DNA of 64,000 bases, from contig OX597816.1 in the NCBI GenBank assembly GCA_951406725.2, positions 38,812,001 through 38,876,000 on the forward strand. The letters run 5' to 3'. Origin of the DNA: Octopus vulgaris. Taxonomy: Eukaryota. A program made the translations under genes and the position numbers. Within the stretch, counting starts at the first letter, position 1. Each line of letters begins with the position of its first letter. Positions 52,702 through 64,000 of the stretch are shown here, piece by piece. The notes under the pieces were generated by a model. That model did no database searches. It was not told the DNA's origin and saw nothing but the letters and a program-made list of their open reading frames with translations.

Positions 52702-54199
52702 ATGCATGCATGTCTCTCCTATTTTTTAATTATTATAAATCTTCCACTGAGGAGGGAGCTGGTTTCCAACAAAGATACAAAGGCTCCATCTTTGGGATGT
52801 GGTTAACACAGACTATGTATGTAGGTACGTATGTACAGTGCATGGTTTAATGGTTAGTGTATTAGGTCCATGGTTATAACGTTGTGAGTTTGATTCCTGA
52901 CAATGCATTGTGTTCTTCAGCAAGACACTTTATTTCACATGGCTTCTTTCTCTCAGCTGGACAGAATGAGTTGTTCTTGTTATTCAAAAATCCAGCCTTG
53001 TCACACTCTGTGTCACACTGAATCTCTGTGAGAACTATGTTAAGAGTGTATGTATCTGTGGAGTGCTCAGCCCGTTGAGTATTAATCTCACAAGCAGGCA
53101 GTCAAATCTAATGCTTATTTATTCACAGTATTTTGAATTAATCATACATTATCTCATAGCTTCAAAATTTTGGTGAAATGATTGTATATTTTTAGAATGA
53201 CATTGTCGGGTAGATGTAAGAGGCCAGATCTGGTGGGTCCTATGATTTTTAGAAAAATCACGATACAGGCATGGCTGTGTGGTAAGAGGCTTGCTTACCA
53301 GTGACATGGTTCTGTATTCAGCCTCACCACATGGCACCTTGGGCAAATGTCTTCTACTATAGCCCCAGGTGGAGCAAAACCTTGAGAGTGGATTAGGTAG
53401 ACAGAAACTGAAAGAAGGCAGTCATGTGAGTGTATGTGTATGTGTCTGTGTTTGTACCCCACCGCTGCTATACAACTACTGTTGGTTTGCTTATGTCCCC
53501 GTAATTTATCAGTTCATCAAAGTGAGATAGAATAAGTACCAGGCTCAAATAAATAAATAAGTATTAGACTTGATTCATTTGACAAAAGGTTTTTCAAGGT
53601 GATGCCCCAGCATGACCACAATCTATTGACTGAAACAGATAAAAAAAAAAAAGGAGAGTTCTATGACAAAACACTTTTGGGAATCATTGGGGTAGGGTGT
53701 TATTTGAGCCACTAATTTTAGTAGGTCCATTGGCCACATAAACGCTCACTTGTTGGTTTGTTTGGGTCAGCATTCATAAATACTGAGAAACAGGATGGAA
53801 CATCTCCCTTTACATTAGAAAAGCTAAGAGAACCAATCTAGCAAAGTATTGCTGGATAAATATCAAATGATTGTTGCAACATATTTATGATAATGCAAAT
53901 AATAGCTCATAAAGTACACACACATGAACCAAATTTGAACGTTAAACTAAGCAACCTGTCAATAGTCAACATTTACTGTCTGTATGTATCAGGAGTATCA
54001 GAAAATAATTGATCTTTTCTACTGGTTTTGTCCGTCACTGCTGTGATCCAGCAATGACAATCAATATCCAATCTCCTCATATTACATTTAACTACATCCT
54101 TGTATTTCAGTCAGAGTCTATTCTGATAGCTTATACAATTAGACAACAGGGAATATAGTTTGTTTTAGCAACGGGGGTTTCCTTCATTGTTTGAACATG

Positions 54200-54690
54200 T
54201 CCCAGGCACCAGAGATTTCAACACACTAATATCTCTGCCCTTTAGGGAGCCTGGCTTTCTTAGGATGAGAGTGTTTCTGAATTAATCTTTTGATGTGATG
54301 TTCGTGATCTGTCTCAAGGGTCTTATCATTAATGCATGCACTTCTATTCTTTTCTTTTCTTTTTTGTGTTTTTTTTTTTACATGTTTTATATCGTCAATT
54401 ATCTGTTTGGTGTTTCACAGTCTCTCAGTTTTCTGAATGCCAAGTGGATCTTACACATTTAGTTCATCACTGAGCTGACCATCATTACTGACTGAGTACT
54501 GCCCAGATGGGTAAAGATGCTTGCTTCTACCAACACCTACCATTTAATAATGATGGGTCCAGTTTGTGCCATTCAGCCTGAATCACAATTTGGCTGATAA
54601 AGAACTTCAGTCTTCCAGAAGTTGAGTTTCAGGCAGAACTTTGTAGCTTCAGCATCAAAAGCATCCATCAAGATCTGCATATCTTCTATA
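54200..54690 (-). mobile_element. Decayed RTE/BovB-type RT fragment
   Basis: EDMQILMDAF..ATKFCLKLN..KTEVLYQP...FTHLGS remnant. Confidence 0.6.
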
Positions 54691-54748
54691 AAAAGAAGTA
54701 AAAAGACAGGCACATACCTTAACAAATCACAATAATTTTATAAATGTA

Positions 54749-55140
54749 CTAGCAGTATCACCCGGCGTTGCTTGGGTTTGTAAGGGAAATTACTATAAAG
54801 CATTTTTAGAGAGTTATAGCCAAAAAATAGCAAAAAATGCATTAAAAATGGAAAAAAAATTATGGTAAATTTTTTTTTAAATCGTTGACTCATCGTAGAC
54901 ATTTTTAGAGAGTTACTTCCCTTTATTTAAAAAATATGCATTAAAATGGGAAAAAATGATGGTAAATTATTTTTAAAATCGTAGACTCATCGTAGACGTG
55001 CGCTAATACCCAGAAGGGCTCGATATGAATCACGACTATAAGATACCCGGTTTTGGTTAAACTGCATCGCAAAATGTGGGAGTAGTTAGGAATCTAAATT
55101 GGAGTAGACAGACACACAACCTTTCTTTTATATATAAAGA
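54749..55140 (-). mobile_element. Non-autonomous Helitron (second copy)
   Basis: Reverse-complement match to 13832-14205, with TC...CTAG ends and an A/T target. Confidence 0.9.
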
Positions 55141-55991
55141 TGTCTGGTCTTAATCTCATTTTGAGGTGCATTACCTTAAACAGGTCAACATCAGATCTTG
55201 TCTGTCTGTATTAACCTCCCTTGAACATCATTGATAAATCAAGTCAGCTACCTGGATATTTCTATTTCTCTTGACCACTCCAACTTCTCCACTGCTGTCT
55301 TTATTTATCCATTTATTCAGATTACCCTGTCAAAATGTAATGATTATTTATTCACATTGTTTTGAATTAATTATGTATTATCTCAATATTTTGAGATTTC
55401 AATGGTGTGATTATATATTTTTTTTAGAATTACTTTGTTATGTATGTGTGAGAGGCTAGATCTAGCTGGTTTGAATATAAACCAGGCAAAATATTTGGGC
55501 TGGATATGGCCAGTTTAAATGCTGAAGGGTAGACAAAATTACTAACTTCCATTTCAACCTATATTTTACCTCATCCTATTCCACTCAGCACTCCCTTATT
55601 CATAATTCCTCCAGCATGAATAATTTTTACAGTTATTATCAACACACTTTTGGTGAGCTGTAGTATATATATGCAATGGCAAATCAAAGTATATTGACTC
55701 TACAGACATCACAGTAGCTGTCCAATAAAAGACCACAGTATGATGCATCTCTACACATTTGAGGTGATATTACAGAGTATCAAAACAACACCAGATAGTT
55801 GTTGCTCTCTTGAGTTTGTCTGCTCTTGGCAGATATTGTTTTACATTTCAAAGATTATCCAGAAATCGCCCTACTTTCCAAACAAGTTTAGTAGTGTTAC
55901 AATTTAGTTGCCAAGGATCTGACCCTGTATGTTCCGAAATGACATTTTCCTATTTCACAAAGGCAGTCAAGTAACTTTCTACTTCTAAGTT

Positions 55992-56390
55992 TCTCTTTTA
56001 CTCTTTTACTTGTTTCAGTCACTTGACTGTGGCCATGCTGGAGCACCACCTTTAGTCAAGCAAATCGACCCCAGGAATTATTCTTTGTAAGCCTAGTACT
56101 TACTCTATTGGTCTCTTTTTGCCGAACTGCCAAGTTACGGGGACGTAAACACACCAGCATTGGTTGTCAAGCGATGTTGGGGGAATAAACACAAACACAC
56201 ATACAGATATATATATACATATATATGATGGGCTTCTTTCAGTTTCCACCTACCAAATCCACGCACAAGGCTTTGGTCAGTCCGAGGTTATAGTAGAAGA
56301 CACTTGCCCAAGGTGCCACGTAGTGGGACTGAACCTTGAACCATGTAGTTCGTAAGCAAGCTACTTACCACACAGCCACTCCTACGCCTA
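55992..56390 (-). mobile_element. SINE family A
   Basis: Full-length reverse match. Confidence 0.88.
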
Positions 56391-57019
56391 TATTTGATTT
56401 ATTTTTTATTTAAGAGCCAACCACTAACAGAGTTGTTAAGTTGTTCTTGTTCTTTGGCATCAGTTTAGATCTGATCAAACATGTTCCTATAATCAAACAT
56501 GTTCTAGTGATGACTATACTGTTTTTTTCTTTTAGATATAATGTACCAAGGATATTCTCTAACATGCACTTCCTCTAAAAAAAAAAAAAACAATGTGAGT
56601 GGTAAATGGTGGTGAGGGGAGGGATATTTCTGGCTGCTACTTCTAGCTGCTGATCAAATGACCCTATTGATGTTTCTTCTAGGACAAAAGTTTCTATAAA
56701 TTATATGCTGAATTTCCTGAATATTTTTCATATTTTCAAAGTATCCTTACCAGATTAGATCACTTCATAGACAGCTAAGTCCCGTGGGACAGATTATAAG
56801 TGGGCAATCATTACATGTAGCCCATACTTACATCATGGATCTAGACTCAATGAGGAAGTAAACCAGAAGAGATCCTTGCTAGATGCCCCATCAATAGAGA
56901 TTTTGTTTTCTGCTGTTTCCTATTACAAACTAACAAAGTACTCAGCCATTTTACAGTGCTGTTGTTATTTACAGTGACAATTGGCTTCCATCATGTGGTG
57001 TGATGGTGAAGGAGTGTGA

Positions 57020-57196
57020 CGGATGGGGGAGAGTGGAAGTGGGGCTTGCAGGGCTTGCAGGGCGCATGCGCCGGCAGAAGCGGAAGTGACAGGCAGAACG
57101 CACGTGCGGGATTGAGCAGTTGCGAGAGACACGACAAAGGGACCAGACGAGCGAGTTGGCTAAAAGCGATCCAAGTTCATCTCCGACGAGGTAAGA
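57020..57196 (+). promoter_or_regulatory. CpG-rich candidate promoter and non-coding first exon
   Basis: GCGCATGCGC (NRF1-type) at 57062, CGGAAGTG (ETS) at 57081, CGCACGTGCG (E-box) at 57099, and donor GAG|GTAAGA at 57190/57191. Confidence 0.65.
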
Positions 57197-57379
57197 CCCA
57201 ATTACATTTTCCATTCTCCCGTTTTCTGTTGTACTCTTTTCACCATTCACACTACACATCATCCAGTATCTATTTTCAGCAAAATGGTCTGGAGTTAAGT
57301 GATTTTGTCACAAAGCATACAGACACTCAGAGTTGACAAATCAATTTAATTGAAAAAAATATATATACATTGATTATAT

Positions 57380-57572
57380 ACTCTTTTACTCTTTTACTTG
57401 TTTCAGTCATTTGACTGCAACCATGCTGAAGCACTGCCTTTAGTCAAGCAAACTGAGCCCAGAACTTATTCTTTGTAAGTCTAGTACTTATTCTATCAGT
57501 CTCTTTTGCCGAACCATTAAGTTATGGGGATGTAAACAGACCAGCATCGGTTGTGACAAACACAGACACACA

Positions 57573-57632
<60 letters not shown>

Positions 57633-57797
57633 CGATGGGCTTCTTTCAGTTTCTGTCTACGAAATGTACTCACAAGGCTTTGGTTGGCCTGAGGCTATAG
57701 TAGAAGACATTTGCCTAGGGTGTCACGCAGTGGGGCTGAATCTGGAACCATCTGGTTGGTAAGCAAGCTACTTACCACACAGCCACTCCTGCGCCTA
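57380..57797 (-). mobile_element. SINE family A
   Basis: Full-length reverse match. Confidence 0.85.
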
Positions 57798-58289
57798 TAT
57801 ATAATAAAATTACATGTTATTGAAGGGATTACAAATCCTGGCAGCAATGTTACCATTTTTTTTCTGTCTTTTGTATTCATCATCATTGTCATCGCCATTG
57901 TCATCATCATTGCTGCTAACACTACCACCACCACTACCATTGTAATCATCATCGTCATCATCATTTAGTGTCCCCTTTTCTATGCTTTCATGGATCAGGC
58001 AGAATATGCTGAGGCAGAATTTTTCCACATTCAGATGTTCTTTCTATTACCAGCCGTCACTTGTTACCATGCAAGGCGATATTTTCCATGGCCAGACATA
58101 TTTCCCACAGAAGACAAGGAAACAAACGTCATCACTTACAACTGTCACATGATGTCAAGACAAGGATACACACAAACACTCACACACACACATATTTATA
58201 TTGATAGTTAGGGTAAACCCCAGATGTTTCCTCTTGAAGCACATCTGTTTATTCCATTATTACAGTCAATATGTATTCATAGTTAGAGT

Positions 58290-58324
<35 letters not shown>

Positions 58325-58814
58325 CAAACATGAAAACACAAAGAGAAAACACAACAACGCGAGGACGTGGAACAAATATAGTATTATTGGACGCTTAGGA
58401 AGGAAGGGAAGAAGGAGGGTTTAACGTTTTGAGTGGAGCTCTTCGTTGGAAACATAGGAGAAGGAAAGATCCAGAGAAGGGAAGTCAGAGGAAAAAATAT
58501 CGCCAACGGTACACACACGGTCACATTTTTAATATATATTTGTGTGTGTATGTATGTGTGTGTGTATCTTTGCGTCTGTGTTTGTCCTCCCCACCAGTGC
58601 TTGACAACTGGTGCTGGGGTCGATGCATTCAACAAAAGTTCTTGAAGGCAGTACCTCAGCATGTCTGCAGTTTAATGACTGGACCAAATAAAAGATAAAA
58701 GACAAAGATAAATACAAACACACAACAGGCTTCTTTTGGTTTTTGTCTGCTGAAGTGAACCTAGCCATGCAGCCAAGTCTGTGCCTATTAGATATATATA
58801 TATATATATATATA

Positions 58815-59698
58815 CAGGGTAGCCCAGAAGTCACTGAGAGGGATTTAATTTTTAATAACTCCCTTATTTTTACAAGTATGTGTATGAAATTTTAATTCAA
58901 TATAAAGGAGATAATGAAAATTAATTTGCATTAGTCCTTTTTCATCATACCTCTGCATTATGTATGAAAAATGACATCTTTTAAATGGCGTCCATTTTCA
59001 TCTTCACACTTTATGGGGTGCAGTTCTCTTTGGTGTAATGCTCTCAGATTCTCAGAGCCCTAAGACCAGCAATTTTGTCAGTTGATGAACCCATTCAAAT
59101 AAAAGTAAGCTTCATCAGACATGATCAGTTTTTGTGTAAAATTTGGGTCATTTTGTGCCAATTCCTGGAATCTTACCATGTATTGGAGCCTGTGTTCATA
59201 GTCCTGGGGCTTCAAATGTTGAACCAACTGTAACTTGTATAGAAAAAAGATTAAGACTGCAGAGAACTCTTTGCAGCAAAGTTTGTGTAGTCCCAAGCTG
59301 TCTGGATCGCCTTCAAGTCAATGCACCCAGAATCTGTTCAATACTCTCTCACACTTGTTCCCTTACCTCATCAGTTTTGACAGTGCAAGGCCTCACAGAT
59401 CGTGGGAGATCACTTATTGCCCCTTGTTTTTCAAATGATGAACCAAGTTCCTAATTGTGTTTTCACTTGGGGCATCTCTGACTTGAAAGTGCCAAGAATA
59501 TGCTCTCTGGGTTTTAATAATTGACCCTTGATTTTGATAAAACGATTTCACCACTAGGGTGTGTTGTGCAGTGCTGTATTTTTCCATAATTAATTTCTGG
59601 GACCTGGTCCATAAATCCCTGAAAAGAAAAGAAAAATGTCAAAAAATAAAAAGAATTATCAAAAATTGCAATCCTTCCATGACTTTTAGGCCACTGTG
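58815..59698 (-). mobile_element. Deleted Tc1/mariner-superfamily (maT-like) transposon
   Basis: Imperfect TIRs CAGGGTAGCCCAGAAGTC / CACAGTGGCCTAAAAGTC with TA flanks. Encodes YKLQLVQHLKPQDYEHRLQY...IMSDEAYFYLNGFIN. Confidence 0.85.
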
Positions 59699-59886
59699 TA
59701 TAATGGCAAACCTTGATACAATCTAGACTGACAAGTCGCTGGTACATGTAATCTTAACTGCTTATTCTGTGTGTGTATGTATGTATGTATGTATGTATGT
59801 GTGCATATGTACAGACATACATATATATATATAAACACACACACTTGTATATATGTATGTATGTATTGTATGTGTGTATGTATATG

Positions 59887-59929
<43 letters not shown>

Positions 59930-59972
59930 CACTTATACAATACATATACATTCGTATATATGTTATATATAT

Positions 59973-60006
<34 letters not shown>

Positions 60007-60320
60007 TGTATGTATGTATGTATGTATGTATCTTTGTTCTAGAACGACATTTTCCTACTTCACAAAAGCAGTCAAGTAGCTTTCTACTTCCATTTCTTTC
60101 AGTCTTGAAAGTCCCTGTAGATCTGCTGTAATATTTACTCAGCAATCACTATATTTGAAATGTATTTATATTTCTTCAAGAGATTCTGAGATTCTTTATA
60201 TTGTCTAAGCTCTTGTTAATACTTTAACAGCTATTAGTATTGTTATTGTTACCATTGCACTTATTATTATTGCCATTGTTGTTCTTGTTCTTGTTGTCCT
60301 CATAGTAGAAGTAGTTGTCG

Positions 60321-60354
<34 letters not shown>

Positions 60355-60579
60355 GTCTATTGACTTTGGTTTGTTCATTTTGATATTATCTTTCTTTAAC
60401 TTGAGTAATCGTGTTAATTTATTCACTAGAAATTCTTGAACTGTTCTTTAAAGAACAACATAGTTTCTAGAAACAGATTTTTACATGAAATGTTTAGTTC
60501 CAATGATTTGCTTCACAGAAGTAAGGCAATAAAAGACAGGGCAAACATTAAAAAAATAAAGTGCAATTGAACCAACAAC

Positions 60580-60580
<1 letters not shown>

Positions 60581-60649
<69 letters not shown>

Positions 60650-61131
60650 TAATAATGGCTGTGATTTTAAATAAAAATGGTTAAAGAATGTTTTCAAAAG
60701 TAAAAGCGTCATAGTTGTTATTACCACCACCACCACCACTACCACCACCTCTAACATCTCTGCTGCTGGCTTCATTGTCCATTGCCATCATCATCATCAT
60801 CATCACCATCATCATTGTCATCATTATCATCTTCATCATTACATCCACCACCACCACCACCACCACCACCACCACCAACACCAACACCACCAACACCACC
60901 ACTACCACCATCACCATCACCACTATCCTTATCATCATTATCAGTACTTCATCTACCATACCACAATCATCATCATCATCATCATCATCATCATTGTCAT
61001 CATTATCATCTTCATCATTACATCCACCAATACCACAACCACCACCACCACCACCACCAACACCACCACTACCACCATCACCATCACCATTATCCTTATC
61101 ATCATTATCAGTACTTCATCTACCATACCAC

Positions 61132-61164
<33 letters not shown>

Positions 61165-61720
61165 TATTGATGCCTCATCCACTACCATCACCATCATTAC
61201 AACTACCACCTCCACCACTACCACCACCACCACCACCATCGCTACCATCATCACCATCAATACTATAATCATCATTATCACCACCATCTCTCTCCATCAA
61301 CATTGTAGTCTTCATTATCATCTTCATCATTACATTCACCACCACTACCACCACCACCACCACAATCAGCACTACCACTGCCACCATCACCAACACCAAC
61401 ACTGCTATTTCCACCACTACCACCACCACCACCATCACTACCATCACCACCATCAATACTATAATCATCATTATCACCACCATCTCTCTTCATCATCATT
61501 GTGGTCTTCATTATCATCTTCATCATTACATTCACCACCACTGCTGCCAACACCACCACCACCACCACAATCAGCACTACCACTGCCACCATCACCAACA
61601 CCAACACTGCTATTTCCACCACCACCACCAAAATCAGACCTACCACTGCCACCATCACCAACACCAACACTGCTATTTCCACCACCACCACCACCATTGT
61701 TATTGTCATCATCACCACTG
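60581..61720. repeat. (TAA)n plus (CAT)/(CAC) low-complexity tract with higher-order duplications
   Basis: Direct inspection. Blocks such as CATTATCAGTACTTCATCTACCATACCACAAT are repeated. Confidence 0.9.
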
Positions 61721-64000
61721 CAACATAACAATGAATGGTATTGGCGCAGTGAACGCAGACCATGTGGCTTGTAATGGTGATTATTGATTGAAACACTGGA
61801 TTCCGCTGCTCAGATCCGGGTTGTTTTTTTTTTTTTGACTACAGTTACGAGTAAGTGTTTATTTTTCATGAGCTCTCATTCTCACAAGCACTGCTATTTT
61901 ATATTTGAAATAAAAATACTTTCTTGAATAAATATATGGAGCACAGCTGGATACTCCACCAAACGTCTGAAGAAAGTTTTTGTCAAGATCAATACCTTCA
62001 TTGGTAGGGGTGGGGGTGTTCTCAGACCCCCAGGAAAGAGACTGTCTACTGTGAAAGCTGGAACTAAGTGCCACTATCATCACGCAAGAGGTGTTCTTTA
62101 TTTTCAATCTTCTGTGAAAACACTTCTGGTCATGGAGGAATTTTATCTAGCTTGGAAACAGGTGAGGGCTAGTGACAGAAATGGCATCCAGACTTAGAAA
62201 AGCCTGCCTCAACAGATTCTGTCCAACCCATGCCAGCATGGAAAAGTGAGCATTAAAATGATGATGATATTTCTTTCTACTAAAGGCACAAGGCCTTAAA
62301 TTTGTGGGGAGGGGGCTAGTCAATTACATAGACCCAAGTGTTTTACTGGTACTTAATTTATCAACCCTGAAAGGATGAAAGGCAAAGTTGACCTTAGTGG
62401 AATTTGAACTCAGATTGTAAAGACAGACGAAATACTGCTAAGTATTTTACCAGCTCGCCAGCTTTAAAATCATGGTGATAATGATGATACAAAAGGCTTA
62501 CACACAGATTCCTTCAACCAAAGACACTTACAAGGCATTGCTCAGCCTGGGGCTAAAGCAGAAGATACTTGCCCAAGATGCTACACAGTGGGACTGAACC
62601 CACAGCTATCTGGTTGCAAAGTAAGCCTCATAACCACATAGCTCTTCCTGTGCCAAGTTTAATTTCACTAAACATGTCTTCAATTATGAGCCTGATAATT
62701 ATTCTTCAGTTCTCTTTCATATTCAGTTTTTGGTCCCTTTTTCTATCAAACATGTATATCTAAAATAATTATTGATTTCAAATTTCTGCACAACGCCAGC
62801 AACTTCGAGAGAGGAATGGTGTTAGTTGATTACATCAACCCTAGTGTTGAACTGGTACTTATTTTGTCGACTGCAAAAAAGATGAAAGGCAAAGCTGACC
62901 TTGGTGGAATTTGAACTCAGAACGTAAGGACAGGTGAAATACTGCTAAACATTTTGCCTGACAGAGTAATGATTCCACCAGCCCACCACCTTTATATCTA
63001 AAGTAATTATTAACAGCAGTTTAAAGGATGTACATTGGCCAAGTGTTACCTCGTTCATATGTTACACTATACTTTAAATGAATTGCAAATGTACATTTAC
63101 AAACACATTTTTATCATCACAATGGTATATCTCTGAAGCAAATTATAATATATGATGCGCACATCTAAAACAATCAATATTTAACACATTTCTTTGTCAC
63201 TTTGATTTTTTTCTATTTTCATTCTTCTCTTTTTTTTTATATATATATATATTTAAACTAATTCTATAAGCACCTGAAACAAGCTCATGTATATTCTCTT
63301 TGACATATAGAAGCACTTATATCATTTACAAGAATAGATTTTTTTTTAGCAAATAGAGGATAACATTAGTGGCTTTATGAGAAAAAAAAACTATAAAGAA
63401 TGACAGGTGTTTGTGCGTATGGGTGTGTGCGTGAGTGTGTGTGGGCATATGTGTGTGAATGTGTGTAAGTTTGTGTGTGTGTGTGAGTGCATATGTGTGT
63501 AAGTGTGTGTGTATGTGTGTGTGTGTGAGCATATGTAAATGTGTGTGTGTGTGTATGTGTGTGTGGTGGTAGGAATATCCATGGGCAAGTACCTGAAGAA
63601 GCAATTGTAAAATGGATGCTAAAATAATCACCACCATGTGGTAAGAAGCATTCTCGTGTATGGAACATTGAAAGACAAGGAAACAAGAGAAAAAAAAAAC
63701 ATGTAGCTTCAAGAAGAAAACAGTTTTGAATGGGTAAATTGTTTTCTTTTTTGTCGTTGTTGTTGTTGTTGTTTAACTCCTGGTCAGTTCAAACAAGAAA
63801 AAAACCCCACAGTCTAGAAAGATGGCACTATGAACTGATCTTGGTGTATTTCTCCCTTTTGTCTACAGCAAGAAATTTTCTCCCTGACAAAACACATTGA
63901 ATGGCTTATTTACAAGTCCAAATGTGTCACAAGCATATTTGAACTGCAAAGCATTTATACACATCACTGCTTATCACTCCTCCTCTGTAATTTGCTTACA

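Noticed and set aside
60715-61796. Long His/Pro/Ser/Thr-rich ORFs (up to 330 aa)
   Set aside because: They are translations of CAT/CAC trinucleotide tracts that stay open in several frames on both strands, with no domain.
63850-63900. Good-looking splice acceptor (ttttgtctacag at 63868)
   Set aside because: No recognisable coding frame or donor before the window ends.

Overview
AT-rich, microsatellite- and transposon-dense animal genomic DNA. The SINE and LINE repertoire suggests an octopus or related coleoid cephalopod (inference). The only protein-coding gene I can support is the last two coding exons of an FBXW2-like F-box/WD40 gene (6875-7631 and 9446-9614, + strand). There is also a CpG-rich promoter and first-exon candidate near 57.0-57.2 kb and a possible 6-nt microexon at 61845-61850. 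The rest is mostly mobile DNA: at least four tRNA-derived SINE families; RTE, CR1, R4/Dong, Tx1-like and Penelope-like retroelements; a deleted Gypsy LTR element; Helitrons; and mariner, maT, hAT and piggyBac-type remnants. Almost all ORFs in the supplied track are repeat artefacts. Three signals stand out. (1) Penelope-type terminal repeats carry minimal type-I hammerhead ribozyme motifs whose core 3-8 pair covaries between families (C-G, U-A, G-C), often inside fold-back insertions. (2) The RTE 3' UTR contains a copy-number-variable ~62-nt module predicted to form a hairpin plus a compact H-type pseudoknot, with visible covariation. (3) A degenerate 7-unit GT(G/A)AA(C/T)A array at 35.25-35.6 kb is unexplained. 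All calls were made by eye, and repeat boundaries are approximate unless a TSD or TIR is quoted.
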